DNA of 64,000 nucleotides from a virus (taxonomy: Duplodnaviria; Caudoviricetes), in IMG/VR virus record IMGVR_UViG_3300042542_005523. One strand, 5' to 3'. Positions within the stretch are counted from its first letter, which is position 1, and every line of letters begins with the position of its first letter. The notes under the pieces are model-generated. The model saw only the letters and a program-made list of their open reading frames with translations, did not search any database and was not told the DNA's origin. Below, piece by piece: positions 5,261 through 15,205 of this stretch. The translations under genes were made by a program, and so were the position numbers.

Positions 5261-7411
5261 ATGTATTATTGCGATAAGATTTTAATGGAGAAAGAATATA
5301 TGGAAAATTACGAGGAAGACTATGATCTAAACCTTTCGCCCTCTAACAAATACGGGGACGACGAAGACGATGACACACCAACAGGTGGTTTCAAATCATC
5401 GCAGAATAAATCATCAAAAACACCTGCACTAGACACCTATTCGAGGGATCTGACAGCTATGGCTGCTAGGGGTGAACTCGATCCTATTATAGGAAGAGAT
5501 CACGAGATCGAAAGGGTGTCCCAGATTCTATGTAGAAGAAAAAAGAACAATCCGGTTCTAATAGGAGAACCCGGTGTTGGTAAATCAGCAATTGCAGAAG
5601 GTATCGCCATCCGAATAGTTCAGAGAAAGGTTTCGAGGAATCTTCTTAATAAAAGGATCATTAGTCTGGACATTGCCTCGATTGTGGCCGGTACTAAATA
5701 CAGGGGTCAGTTTGAGGAAAGAATGAAGGCTATCATCGAGGAGCTAAGAGACGATCCTAGTGTGATCATCTTCATTGATGAAATCCACACTATGGTTGGA
5801 GCAGGTGGAGCATCCGGATCCCTTGACGCTTCGAATATGTTTAAGCCTCCTCTTGCTAGGGGTGAACTCCAATGCATAGGTGCCACAACCCTAAACGAAT
5901 ATAGACAGCATATTGAGAAGGATGGAGCTTTGGAAAGAAGATTCCAGAAAATCATCGTGGAAGCTCCAGATGCTGATACGACAATCAAGATCCTCAATAA
6001 CATCAAGTCTAAATACGAGGACCACCACAACGTTACTTACACAGAGGATGCTATTCTAAATTGTGTTAAGCTAACAGAGAGATACATCACCGATAGAAAT
6101 TTTCCAGATAAGGCACTAGATGCTTTAGACGAGGCAGGATCAAGAACACAGCTAACAGAAGTTAAAGTTCCTGATGCAATCAAGAACCTAGAGAAGAATC
6201 TTGATAATATTCACATTGATAAAAAAGACGCAGTCACTAAACAAGACTACGAAGCTGCTGCTAAATTCAGGGACTTAGAAAGAAAGATCAGAGTTAATTT
6301 GGAGCTGGAACAGAAAAACTGGGAGAGTAAACTTAAGGAAGATCGAAAAGTGGTTGATGGAGATAAGGTAGCCGAGGTAGTTTCGATGATGAGTGGGGTT
6401 CCTTTGAAAAAAGTAACACAGGAGGAGAATGAAAAACTTGCTAATCTTGGTCCGGATCTTAAATCTAAAGTGATAGGGCAGGATCCAGCTATCGAGAAAA
6501 TAGCAAAGGCTATTCTTCGTAATAGAATGGGACTAAAAGATCCTAATAAACCAATTGGCTCCTTTATATTCCTAGGTCCTACAGGGGTTGGAAAGACTCA
6601 ACTTGCCAAAGAATTGGCAAAACAATTATTCGGGGATGCCGATGCTTTAATTAGAGTCGATATGAGTGAGTATATGGAGAAGTTTAACTCAACTAAACTC
6701 ATTGGCGCACCTCCGGGCTATGTTGGTCACGAAGAAGGTGGGCAACTGACAGAAAAGGTTAGAAGAAAGCCATACTCGATAGTTCTTTTCGATGAGATTG
6801 AAAAAGCACACCCGGATATCTTTAATTCTTTGCTTCAAATTCTGGACGAAGGTTTAATAACCGACGGTCTCGGCAGAAAGATTAACTTCAAGAACACCTT
6901 GATTATTCTGACATCCAACGTGGGGCAGAGAAAACTAAATGAGTTTGGATCTAGCATTGGATTCTCTAAGGACAAGGCGGAGAAGGCAAAAATAGAAGGC
7001 GAGATCCTACTTAAGAAAGAGCTGGAAAAAACATTTTCTCCGGAGTTCTTAAACAGACTTGACGAGATCATCTACTTTGATCCGCTGGCTAAGGAAAACA
7101 TTATTAAGATCCTTGATGTCGAATTGGATATAATGAAACCTAGGTTTGAATCAATTGGTATTAAAATCAAGATAACTGACACATTAAAAGAGAAGATAGC
7201 TGAGGTTGGCTACGATCCTAAATTCGGTGCTAGACCACTAAAAAGAGTTCTTCAGAAATACGTAGAAGACACTGTTGCTGAAACAATGATCAATAATAAG
7301 ATCAATCCAGGCGATACCTTTACCCTTGACTTTGATCCTAAGAAGGAGGGAACGACTTCTACTCCGGTAAAAGTTAAAATAACCGCCAAAAAACAGAAAC
7401 CAACTGAGTAA
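5261..7411 (+). CDS. clpC: ClpC-type AAA+ unfoldase lacking the N-terminal Clp-repeat domain (start may be 5285)
   Basis: Walker A GEPGVGKS and GPTGVGKT, Walker B FIDEIH and LFDEIEKAH, GAPPGYVG, UVR-type M domain, IGF loop (SIGFS). Confidence 0.92.
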   Translation: MYYCDKILMEKEYMENYEEDYDLNLSPSNKYGDDEDDDTPTGGFKSSQNKSSKTPALDTYSRDLTAMAARGELDPIIGRDHEIERVSQILCRRKKNNPVLIGEPGVGKSAIAEGIAIRIVQRKVSRNLLNKRIISLDIASIVAGTKYRGQFEERMKAIIEELRDDPSVIIFIDEIHTMVGAGGASGSLDASNMFKPPLARGELQCIGATTLNEYRQHIEKDGALERRFQKIIVEAPDADTTIKILNNIKSKYEDHHNVTYTEDAILNCVKLTERYITDRNFPDKALDALDEAGSRTQLTEVKVPDAIKNLEKNLDNIHIDKKDAVTKQDYEAAAKFRDLERKIRVNLELEQKNWESKLKEDRKVVDGDKVAEVVSMMSGVPLKKVTQEENEKLANLGPDLKSKVIGQDPAIEKIAKAILRNRMGLKDPNKPIGSFIFLGPTGVGKTQLAKELAKQLFGDADALIRVDMSEYMEKFNSTKLIGAPPGYVGHEEGGQLTEKVRRKPYSIVLFDEIEKAHPDIFNSLLQILDEGLITDGLGRKINFKNTLIILTSNVGQRKLNEFGSSIGFSKDKAEKAKIEGEILLKKELEKTFSPEFLNRLDEIIYFDPLAKENIIKILDVELDIMKPRFESIGIKIKITDTLKEKIAEVGYDPKFGARPLKRVLQKYVEDTVAETMINNKINPGDTFTLDFDPKKEGTTSTPVKVKITAKKQKPTE

Positions 7412-7420
7412 ATATAGATT

Positions 7421-7618
7421 ATGATCAATATTAAACTAGAAGGTAAAATGTCAATAGAGCAAGCTCTAAAGAAGTACAAGATGAAATTCTCTAAGCACAA
7501 GGTAATTGAAGAACTAAGAGAAAGAACGCATTACGTAAAAGATAGTGTGAAGAGGAGGGATGAATTAAAAAGAGCCGAATATCGGGAAACAAAGAGAAGA
7601 GAAGAAAACGGAGAATAA
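7421..7618 (+). CDS. rpsU: 30S ribosomal protein bS21
   Basis: SIEQALKKYK...ELRERTHYVKDSVKRR pattern, 65 aa, basic. Confidence 0.88.
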   Translation: MINIKLEGKMSIEQALKKYKMKFSKHKVIEELRERTHYVKDSVKRRDELKRAEYRETKRREENGE

Positions 7619-7620
7619 CG

Positions 7621-7646
7621 AAAAAGCCTGCTTAAGCAGGCTTTTT
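7621..7646. terminator. bidirectional intrinsic terminator between convergent genes
   Basis: aaaaagcctg-cttaag-caggcttttt. Confidence 0.9.
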
Positions 7647-7662
7647 CTTTGGTGTAGTATTT

Positions 7663-8178
7663 TTATTCAGGGAGTACCTTCGACATAACTACCTTTAAGG
7701 TATATGGAGGATTGTTACCGTCGGTACCGGTTAATTTTCTTTTTCCCGTTTCATAAGGATATTTATCAGCAATAGCTTTGTTTTTGATCTTCTTCTTAAT
7801 TATTTCCCTATCATTTCCTGTTTCAGCATAAAGTTTTTCATTAGGTCCATCTGCTTGAGGGTCATCGGCTATAACAACTTCAGCTTCACCTATATTTCTA
7901 ACAGCTTTTAAAGCTTTATCTACAACACTATTCTTACCATCAGATGGCCAGTTAGCAGCAAAGGCAAGCATAGATGCAGCTTTTTTCTTAACGTCTTTCC
8001 TTGGAACAATCTTAGATCTTTCCAGTGCACTAACAAGATCATCCGCTAATTTTTTACCGCTTGAATATTTAGATGATATCTTGTCCTCATCCGGAACATT
8101 TAACAATTTGTGCATTAAACCCTTTTCTGCCTCGTCTATATTTTGGACAAAGTTTTCAAAAACCATTAAATTTTTCAT
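7663..8178 (-). CDS. hypothetical protein with capsid-targeting-like N-terminus (MKNLMVFENFVQNIDE)
   Basis: CTS-like motif; GAATATATAA upstream on minus strand (8194-8203). Confidence 0.7.
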   Translation of the reverse strand: MKNLMVFENFVQNIDEAEKGLMHKLLNVPDEDKISSKYSSGKKLADDLVSALERSKIVPRKDVKKKAASMLAFAANWPSDGKNSVVDKALKAVRNIGEAEVVIADDPQADGPNEKLYAETGNDREIIKKKIKNKAIADKYPYETGKRKLTGTDGNNPPYTLKVVMSKVLPE

Positions 8179-8218
8179 CTATAACCTTTTTAGTTATATA
8201 TTCTATAACAATAATAAA

Positions 8219-8410
8219 ATGGAAGCACTGAAAGAGAAAAGCCTAGAAAAAGAAATTGCTCACCTAAAAGCAGCTCTTGCTTTAGCAGTAGGTTCTTTAG
8301 AATCTATGAAATGGCTTGTAAACTCAAAAGAGGATAGTGAAGAAAAGATGGACCACATCAATTCTATTCTTGAAAGAGTTCTGACTGATATAGAAAAACT
8401 GGTAGATTAA
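8219..8410 (+). CDS. small helical/coiled-coil hypothetical protein
   Basis: MEALKEKSLEKEIAHLKAAL...; the upstream part of the listed 8081 ORF is antisense to the neighbouring gene, so start set at ATG 8219. Confidence 0.6.
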   Translation: MEALKEKSLEKEIAHLKAALALAVGSLESMKWLVNSKEDSEEKMDHINSILERVLTDIEKLVD

Positions 8411-9078
8411 AGTTTGACTGTTATCTTCCTGGTAATGTCACCGAGCTTAGATTCGCCGGTTTTCTCGTAGACAAGTGTAGAAAGACCGTCCTTTAATATC
8501 CTCTCAGGAGAGGACTTTATTAGAAATAGGTTAAGTTTGTCTAGATTTTTTTCGTATAATGGGGTTTCTATTAATCTCTCGTGTGGTAAAGAACGGTATC
8601 TCCCTGGTTTTCTGAAAGTCTCTATTTCCATAATATTGCAACGGGTTAATATATCATCATCCTCTGCTCCCCATCCCCAATATCCGTTAGCATATCCATT
8701 TATTTTTTCAAAAGATTCTTTATCGAACATTGTAACACCGCCGAAGTATCCCACGTATGGTAGCTTCCATCCGAATTGTTCGGCTTCTGTCGCCATATGA
8801 GTCGGTGCTTTGACCGATGAGTAATCCGAATTAACTGGAAGCATGTCGACATCATGGAAGCAGAAATAGTCGCAATCTTTAGATTCATTAAACCCAACAT
8901 TTAAAAGTTTACCTCTATTGAATGGCTTATCGTCTTCCTGCTCAACGATCAATATCCGGGTCTCGAATTCATTTTCATCTTTAGGAAGACTCTTCAGATA
9001 TTCTTCCATGAACGGTACAAATTGAGCTAGATGTTGTTCCCTGTTTCTATAAGGTACGACTATTGATAACTTCTTCAT
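8407..9078 (-). CDS. GT7 beta-1,4-galactosyltransferase-like glycosyltransferase
   Basis: IVVPYRNREQHL, VEQ..DKPFNRGKLLNVG, FHDVDMLP, YFGGV, YWGWGAEDDD. Confidence 0.9.
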   Translation of the reverse strand: MKKLSIVVPYRNREQHLAQFVPFMEEYLKSLPKDENEFETRILIVEQEDDKPFNRGKLLNVGFNESKDCDYFCFHDVDMLPVNSDYSSVKAPTHMATEAEQFGWKLPYVGYFGGVTMFDKESFEKINGYANGYWGWGAEDDDILTRCNIMEIETFRKPGRYRSLPHERLIETPLYEKNLDKLNLFLIKSSPERILKDGLSTLVYEKTGESKLGDITRKITVKL

Positions 9079-9112
9079 ATCTATAAATACTATCTAATGG
9101 CTCTTTTGTTTC

Positions 9113-9140
9113 GAAACACCAGTAAAAATTACAGTATAAT
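9113..9140 (+). promoter_or_regulatory. putative promoter GAAAC-N15-AGTATAAT of glycan cluster 1
   Basis: Same bipartite motif at 34291-34319 and 56246-56274. Confidence 0.5.
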
Positions 9141-9145
9141 GTATC

Positions 9146-9931
9146 ATGAAAGACAGCGATATAATTTTTATTACGCCGACCCTACATACTAAGTGGCTTG
9201 GCTATCAAAGTGAGATAATAAAAAATTTTTTCCCAGGAAGCACCCACATTATAGTGGACGGAAGACAAAATTGGCCGTATGCTTGGTTCTATTGGATGGA
9301 CGAGATAAAAAACATTCCCGGAAAATGGTTCGTACATATAGACGAGGATTGCTTTTTAGAAAGCAAGGAACAATTACTAAGACTAATTCAAAAAATGGAG
9401 GATGAAGACTATTCTTTATCCGCGGTTTCTGATGGATTTCACCACTACAGGGGCGCAAACGGGACGGCGATAAATTCATTTTTTATGGTGGGGAAAAAAG
9501 ATGATTTTTTAGAATCTGATTTTAATCATAGCGATATGGAATTTAACTTTGACGGTAGGGGCTGGAGGAATAATAAAAATATCAGTTTTGACCCAGCAAA
9601 GCATTTACACAGCTTCCCATATCCTCATGAAAAAATGGAAAATGGTGAAGACACAAGTTACGAACAGGAGCCATATTATTCATTACTTTGGAAATTGAGA
9701 GAGGAGGGTAAAAAATTCTATTACCTGTATCCCCAATTTGACGAAAGGTTCAAGTCAACAAACCCAAGGATAGATTCTAATTCCGGAGACATTGCTATAC
9801 ACATGTGGTATGCAAGGACTTGGGAAAGTCCGATGGACGTACACGGTATGCCTAATGTGGAAAGATACAGGAGGCTGGAAGAGTATCTCTTAAAAAATAA
9901 ATCAGTCAGTTCAAAAAATACTAATGACTAA
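9146..9931 (+). CDS. putative GT-A fold glycosyltransferase
   Basis: FVHIDEDCF (DxD), C-terminal HMWY, first gene of a glycan operon. Confidence 0.55.
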   Translation: MKDSDIIFITPTLHTKWLGYQSEIIKNFFPGSTHIIVDGRQNWPYAWFYWMDEIKNIPGKWFVHIDEDCFLESKEQLLRLIQKMEDEDYSLSAVSDGFHHYRGANGTAINSFFMVGKKDDFLESDFNHSDMEFNFDGRGWRNNKNISFDPAKHLHSFPYPHEKMENGEDTSYEQEPYYSLLWKLREEGKKFYYLYPQFDERFKSTNPRIDSNSGDIAIHMWYARTWESPMDVHGMPNVERYRRLEEYLLKNKSVSSKNTND

Positions 9932-10691
9932 TATGAAAAAAGAAATAACGTATTTAACCTCTTCCAATTACGGATATATTAGGTTTTGCATTTCATCTGT
10001 TAAGAATTTTCATAACATATTTGGAAAACAAAATAAGCTAATTGTCCAGTGCTTAGATGAAAAAACTTTTGATACTGTAGAGGAATTATTAAAAAGTTTG
10101 GGATCTAGTAATATATTCCTAGAGAAGGAATACGGAGGTCCCGCAGAATTTCAAAGTTTTTATAGTAATGGATTCATTCAGACCGTATATAAGAAATTTA
10201 TACTAGTGTATAACAAGCTAAAAGAAAATGAATTTGTTTATTTTTTTGATTCCGATGTGCATTTCTTCAGCGATCCAACTGACTACGTTTTAGGGATGTT
10301 AGAAAAAAACGATCTCGTATTTCAACAGGATGCGCCCTTAACGGACAACCACGAAATAGGGGAGACGTATGTGTGCTCTGGGAACTTCGCAGCAAAGTGT
10401 TCCCCTGAATCCTTGAAGTTTATGGAGACAGTTATATCAAAATTTGACGGTCTAAAAAACGATCAGGAGGTCGCTTATGAATATCTATATAGCTCCTGTC
10501 CTAATAACGATGTTAGAAATTATCCAAACGCAAAAATGGACATAATGGATCCTTATAAATATCAAAATGGATTCGATGCATTTAGATCCGGCTGGTATAA
10601 AAAACCTGATGTGGTGTGTGTTCATGCAAATCACATGGTTGGTATAGAAAATAAAATAAATGCTTTTAAGACATTGGGGGTTGATCTATGA
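9924..10691 (+). CDS. nucleotide-diphospho-sugar transferase (GT77-like)
   Basis: FFDSDVHFFSDP, DLVFQQD, CSGNF, NDQE, HANH. Confidence 0.75.
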   Translation: MTNMKKEITYLTSSNYGYIRFCISSVKNFHNIFGKQNKLIVQCLDEKTFDTVEELLKSLGSSNIFLEKEYGGPAEFQSFYSNGFIQTVYKKFILVYNKLKENEFVYFFDSDVHFFSDPTDYVLGMLEKNDLVFQQDAPLTDNHEIGETYVCSGNFAAKCSPESLKFMETVISKFDGLKNDQEVAYEYLYSSCPNNDVRNYPNAKMDIMDPYKYQNGFDAFRSGWYKKPDVVCVHANHMVGIENKINAFKTLGVDL

Positions 10692-11482
10692 TAACGTGTT
10701 CTTCAATAGGGTACATGGGTAGATTAGCAAACCAAATGTTCCAATTTGCATCCACTGTTGGGATAGCTAGAAAACTTGGATATGATGTGAAATTTCCTGG
10801 TGAAAATTTCATATCAGGAAATCCTCACGATTATAACGGAGGAAAACTGAGAGAGTGTTTTAATATAGACGATAAGTATTTTGCTCCCTCCCATTTAATA
10901 TCGAAAGAAATTTTGTACTCTTATAAAGAATCTTCATTTAATTTCAATCCGGATACTTTAGGGCTTCCTGATAGAACAGATCTTCATGGGTATTTTCAAA
11001 ACGAGAGGTATTTCTCTCATTGCTCAGAAGAGGTCCTAGAATGCTTTACCTTTAAAAAGAATACGATAGAAAACACACCGCACGTGGAGCCAAATTCAGT
11101 CTCTGTTCATGTCAGAAGAGGCGACTATTTGAATTCACCTGGTCACCACCCGACTCAAACTCCTGAGTATTATAATAAAGCAATCGAAATATCCGGAAAG
11201 AAAAACATTTACATTTTTTCGGAAGATCTCAATTGGTGCAGGGATAATATAAATAAAAATGACAATAATTTATTTTTTGTTAATGAAAATGATCCCTTTG
11301 TATCTATGAGAATGATGAGTTTATGCGAGGATAATATAATATCAAATAGCTCATACGGCTGGTGGGGGGCTTGGCTTAATCTTAATCCCCATAAAAAAGT
11401 AATCGGACCGATTTCATGGTTTGGCCCGCTGCTACCTAATGACACAAGCGATGTTCTACCTCCCAACTGGATAAAAATATAA
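10688..11482 (+). CDS. GT11 alpha-1,2-fucosyltransferase
   Basis: GRLANQMFQFA, GYFQNERYF, VHVRRGDY, NSSYGWWGAWL. Confidence 0.92.
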   Translation: MITCSSIGYMGRLANQMFQFASTVGIARKLGYDVKFPGENFISGNPHDYNGGKLRECFNIDDKYFAPSHLISKEILYSYKESSFNFNPDTLGLPDRTDLHGYFQNERYFSHCSEEVLECFTFKKNTIENTPHVEPNSVSVHVRRGDYLNSPGHHPTQTPEYYNKAIEISGKKNIYIFSEDLNWCRDNINKNDNNLFFVNENDPFVSMRMMSLCEDNIISNSSYGWWGAWLNLNPHKKVIGPISWFGPLLPNDTSDVLPPNWIKI

Positions 11483-11484
11483 GT

Positions 11485-12180
11485 ATGAATATTAACATAG
11501 ATGTGCTACTCCCCGTTTATAACGATGAAAAATATATAGGATTTTGTTTGGATAGCATAAAGGGCCAGACATATCGCAATTTCAGATGTCTCATAGGATT
11601 TAATGGAACCTATGATAAAAGCAAAGATATAGCTAGAGAAAAAATAGGGAACGATCCAAGGTTTATTATTTTTGATTACGGTCACGTTAGTGGGAAATCT
11701 ATAACGCTAAATAAACTTTTGAAAGAAGCTGAATCTGAATATATCTGTCTAATCGACGGGGATGACTGCTGGGCTCCGAATAAATTAGAAAGACAGATTC
11801 CTCATATTAATAAATATGATGTAATAGGATCATTATGTAATTACGTGGACGAACACAATAACATAACATCGACCATAAGGCTACCTGAATTTGACATGGG
11901 TATAAAGATTTGGATAGAATCAATAAAAAACCCAATAGTGAATCAGTCTTGCCTGTTTAAAAAGAATGACATAATTGAAGCAGGCGGGTGGAGATCTGAT
12001 AAAGAAACTATAGAAGATTTTGATATGTGGATAAGGCTATCGAGAAGCGGAAAAACCTTCTATAATATACAGGAACCCTTAGTTTATCATAGGATACATA
12101 ATAATAGTAATTTTAATGCAAATCCAGAGCAAGGAACTATACTAAAGGAAGCTATAATAAGAACACACTTTAAAAATTAA
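11485..12180 (+). CDS. GT2 glycosyltransferase
   Basis: VLLPVYN, LIDGDDCW, EDFDMWIRL, YHRIH. Confidence 0.9.
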   Translation: MNINIDVLLPVYNDEKYIGFCLDSIKGQTYRNFRCLIGFNGTYDKSKDIAREKIGNDPRFIIFDYGHVSGKSITLNKLLKEAESEYICLIDGDDCWAPNKLERQIPHINKYDVIGSLCNYVDEHNNITSTIRLPEFDMGIKIWIESIKNPIVNQSCLFKKNDIIEAGGWRSDKETIEDFDMWIRLSRSGKTFYNIQEPLVYHRIHNNSNFNANPEQGTILKEAIIRTHFKN

Positions 12181-12193
12181 ATATAATAAAAAT

Positions 12194-12829
12194 ATGTTAA
12201 TAAAATTTGAAAATCTAGTAAAAAAATACGGAACACCAAGAGGTATAATACACTTAGGCGCTCATTTAGCTGAAGAACTGGGGGATTATATTCAGCACAA
12301 CCAAAGAAATGTAGTATGGATAGAGGCAAATCCAGATTTATTCGAGGATCTTGATAAAATAGCGAAAGATGCAGGACACCTAGCTTTTTGCGAACTTCTA
12401 TCGGACGAAGATGGTACTGAGATGAAATTCAATATAGCCAAGAATAATTATAACGGAAATTACCAGTCTTCTTCTGTTTTAGATTTCGGAACACACGCTA
12501 TCCACCACCCGAATGTAGTAATGGAGAGGAGTATAAATCTTAGATCTAAAAGAATAAGCACTATCTTCAATGAAAACGATCTTAATTTCGACGACTATAA
12601 TTTCGTAAATATAGATTTACAGGGATACGAGCTCCCGGCTATAAAAGGTTTTGGGAATTCCATATCCAAAATGGATTACATATACACGGAGGTGAACACT
12701 GGTGAGGTTTATAAGGGATGTACAAAAATAGATGAACTTGATGCTTATCTAGGTGAGTATGGTTTTACAAGAGTGGAAATTGAAATGACCGATGCTGAAT
12801 GGGGTGATGCTTTTTATATAAAAAAGTAA
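12194..12829 (+). CDS. FkbM-family methyltransferase
   Basis: IIHLGAHLAEE, VWIEANP, NIDLQGYEL, YIYTEVN, WGDAFY. Confidence 0.9.
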   Translation: MLIKFENLVKKYGTPRGIIHLGAHLAEELGDYIQHNQRNVVWIEANPDLFEDLDKIAKDAGHLAFCELLSDEDGTEMKFNIAKNNYNGNYQSSSVLDFGTHAIHHPNVVMERSINLRSKRISTIFNENDLNFDDYNFVNIDLQGYELPAIKGFGNSISKMDYIYTEVNTGEVYKGCTKIDELDAYLGEYGFTRVEIEMTDAEWGDAFYIKK

Positions 12830-12840
12830 ATGCTAAACAT

Positions 12841-13674
12841 ATGAAGTTTTTTTTTGAGGGTCCATGTCACCATAAAAATACGATAGGATTAAACCTTATG
12901 ATAAACGAGGGAATGGATGTAGACCTATCCTATTCGGCAAGTAAAGAATATGACTGGATAGTTAATTTTAGCGAATTTAAAACTTACAGCGGACATAAGG
13001 GAGGAGTCATTTACGGTCCTCAAATTATGTTTCCCACTATACCAGCATCATCCATACCTAACGTTCACGGTAAAACGTACTGTAACCTTCTTTCTGATTG
13101 GCTAGTAAATCTAAATTCTGACATAAATCCAGATATAAAATCCATAGCTTTACCCTTTGCAGTTGAGGTAAACAAATTCGTACCCTCTGAGAAAAAGGGA
13201 AACCCCGTGATATATTTTAAACACGTAAAAGAGGATAGACTTCAATCAGTGATAAGTAAATTGGGTAACGAATTTATAGTAATTAGGTACGGGAGCTATT
13301 CCGAGGATCACTATTTAAAATCGATAGCTGAAGCACCATATGTCATATGGATCGGATGCCACGAAAGCCAGGGATTTGCATTCCAGGAGGCATTAAGTTG
13401 TAACACGCCTATATTTGTTATAAACGTAAGATCTCTGAGAGATGAAATTGGCTCAGGTTGGCTTAATTTTATGCCCGATCGTGAATTAAGAGCTACGTCT
13501 GCTTCTTATTTTGACGAAAGATGCGGTCTCATATCTTACTTTGAAACATGGGAGAATGACATCGATAATTTTTTATCCAATATTCATAACTATTCGCCAA
13601 GGAAATTCATTATGGAAACCCTTTCCCCCCGTGCATGCCTCGATACATGGGTTAATAAATTAAGTAAGCTGTAA
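12841..13674 (+). CDS. putative GT-B fold glycosyltransferase
   Basis: HESQGFAFQEALSCNTPIFV resembles the GT-B nucleotide-binding E-x7-E region. Confidence 0.55.
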   Translation: MKFFFEGPCHHKNTIGLNLMINEGMDVDLSYSASKEYDWIVNFSEFKTYSGHKGGVIYGPQIMFPTIPASSIPNVHGKTYCNLLSDWLVNLNSDINPDIKSIALPFAVEVNKFVPSEKKGNPVIYFKHVKEDRLQSVISKLGNEFIVIRYGSYSEDHYLKSIAEAPYVIWIGCHESQGFAFQEALSCNTPIFVINVRSLRDEIGSGWLNFMPDRELRATSASYFDERCGLISYFETWENDIDNFLSNIHNYSPRKFIMETLSPRACLDTWVNKLSKL

Positions 13675-13688
13675 AAATAAAACATAAA

Positions 13689-13967
13689 ATGAAAACTCTA
13701 GACGAAATAGGACTTAATTATTATACGGATAAAGCTTCGTATCATCATAAATATCTGGATTATTACGACACTAATCTTTCCGCCAAAAGGAACAATGAAA
13801 ATAACATACTAGAAATAGGTATACTTTTTGGACAATCTACCAAAATGTTCAAGGAATATTTCACCAATAGCAAGATTTATTCTTTCGATATCGAGGATAA
13901 AAGAAATCTCGCGGAAGATAGAATAGAAATTTTATACTCGAAACACTATCTCCTAGAGCTTGTATAA
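13689..13967 (+). pseudogene. truncated class I SAM methyltransferase (N-terminal half)
   Basis: TDK..HHKYLDYY...ILEIGILFGQS...IYSFDI motifs I-II present; ORF ends at 92 aa before the remaining strands. Confidence 0.6.
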
Positions 13968-13971
13968 ATAA

Positions 13972-14649
13972 ATGGATAAAAACATTAGAATGATTTTGGT
14001 AGAACTTAGATCCTCTATATTTCCTCCTGAATCTGTTGATTTCCCTATAAATTCACACGGGGATAGAATAGATCAGATTGAATCTGGAATAATTAATTTT
14101 GTTGAAAAATTAGGGGAAATATCTAAAAAAGATAATATAGATCTATATTTTTCGGATAATACGATAATTGATGATTTTCATATACCGGAAAAAATATCAA
14201 AATTGCTAAAGCTAAATTTTATAAACACTTCGTGTAAAATAAAAAATGATTTTGGGCCAAAAAATAAAGGGGCAGGATTAATTGAAATGTGGTTATCCAA
14301 TATAGAAATAATAGAAAAATATAAATGGATAATCTATTTTGAGCCTAGAACTTTATTGAAGGATAAATTCTTTATAGAAGAATGTTTAGAATTTCCGGAT
14401 AATCGTTTTAAAGTTTTAAATGAAAATGGAAATCTTCATTTTTACACTGGATTATTTATGATAGAATCTAAAATACTAATAGAATTCTGTAGATCAGTAG
14501 ATATCAATGATATGATAAATAAAAAAATTTGCATAGAAAACTCTCTTAAAGATTTTATGGATACTAGATATCCTAACTATTCAAAATACGAAAATAAATT
14601 AAATATAATTTGGCATGACGTTACACAAAATAGATTTATCGAATTTTGA
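13972..14649 (+). CDS. hypothetical protein in glycan cluster
   Basis: Operon-packed ORF; NKGAG..E motif weakly GT-like. Confidence 0.55.
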   Translation: MDKNIRMILVELRSSIFPPESVDFPINSHGDRIDQIESGIINFVEKLGEISKKDNIDLYFSDNTIIDDFHIPEKISKLLKLNFINTSCKIKNDFGPKNKGAGLIEMWLSNIEIIEKYKWIIYFEPRTLLKDKFFIEECLEFPDNRFKVLNENGNLHFYTGLFMIESKILIEFCRSVDINDMINKKICIENSLKDFMDTRYPNYSKYENKLNIIWHDVTQNRFIEF

Positions 14650-15202
14650 TAATAATTTTAAAGGAAGAAGCTCCTATATAAATGAAAAATTTTCTAAAGT
14701 ACTACGAACAATATGTCTGATGAAGAGGCCAAAAAAAATAGTAGAGTTTGGTATACTCGATGGGTACTCACTGGATTGTTTTCTAGAATCCACGGATGAC
14801 GATTGCGAAATACTGGCATATGACCTCTTTGAGGAATTTCCTTATAATTCTGCAAAGTTTGATTCAATGGAAAAAAAGTATGACCAAACAAGAGCTTCGA
14901 TAAGGAGAGGCAATCTATTCGAAGCACATAATATATTTGAGAGCGAATCGGTAGATATAATACATATAGATATAGCTAATGATGGAGATGTTTATGATTA
15001 TTGTATCAATAATCTAATGTCCAAAATTAGCGATTCAGGCGTTATGATACTAGAGGGAGGAAGTAAGGAGAGAGATGATATAGAATGGATGATAAAATAT
15101 AATAAACCCAAAATTAGGGAAGTTTTATATAGATACGAAACTGAATATAGAATAAATGTTTTTACCGAATTTCCATCATTAACAATAATCACTAAAAAAT
15201 AA
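14615..15202 (+). CDS. class I SAM-dependent methyltransferase
   Basis: IVEFGILDGYS, AYDLFE, DIIHIDI. Confidence 0.8.
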   Translation: MTLHKIDLSNFDNNFKGRSSYINEKFSKVLRTICLMKRPKKIVEFGILDGYSLDCFLESTDDDCEILAYDLFEEFPYNSAKFDSMEKKYDQTRASIRRGNLFEAHNIFESESVDIIHIDIANDGDVYDYCINNLMSKISDSGVMILEGGSKERDDIEWMIKYNKPKIREVLYRYETEYRINVFTEFPSLTIITKK

Positions 15203-15205
15203 AAT

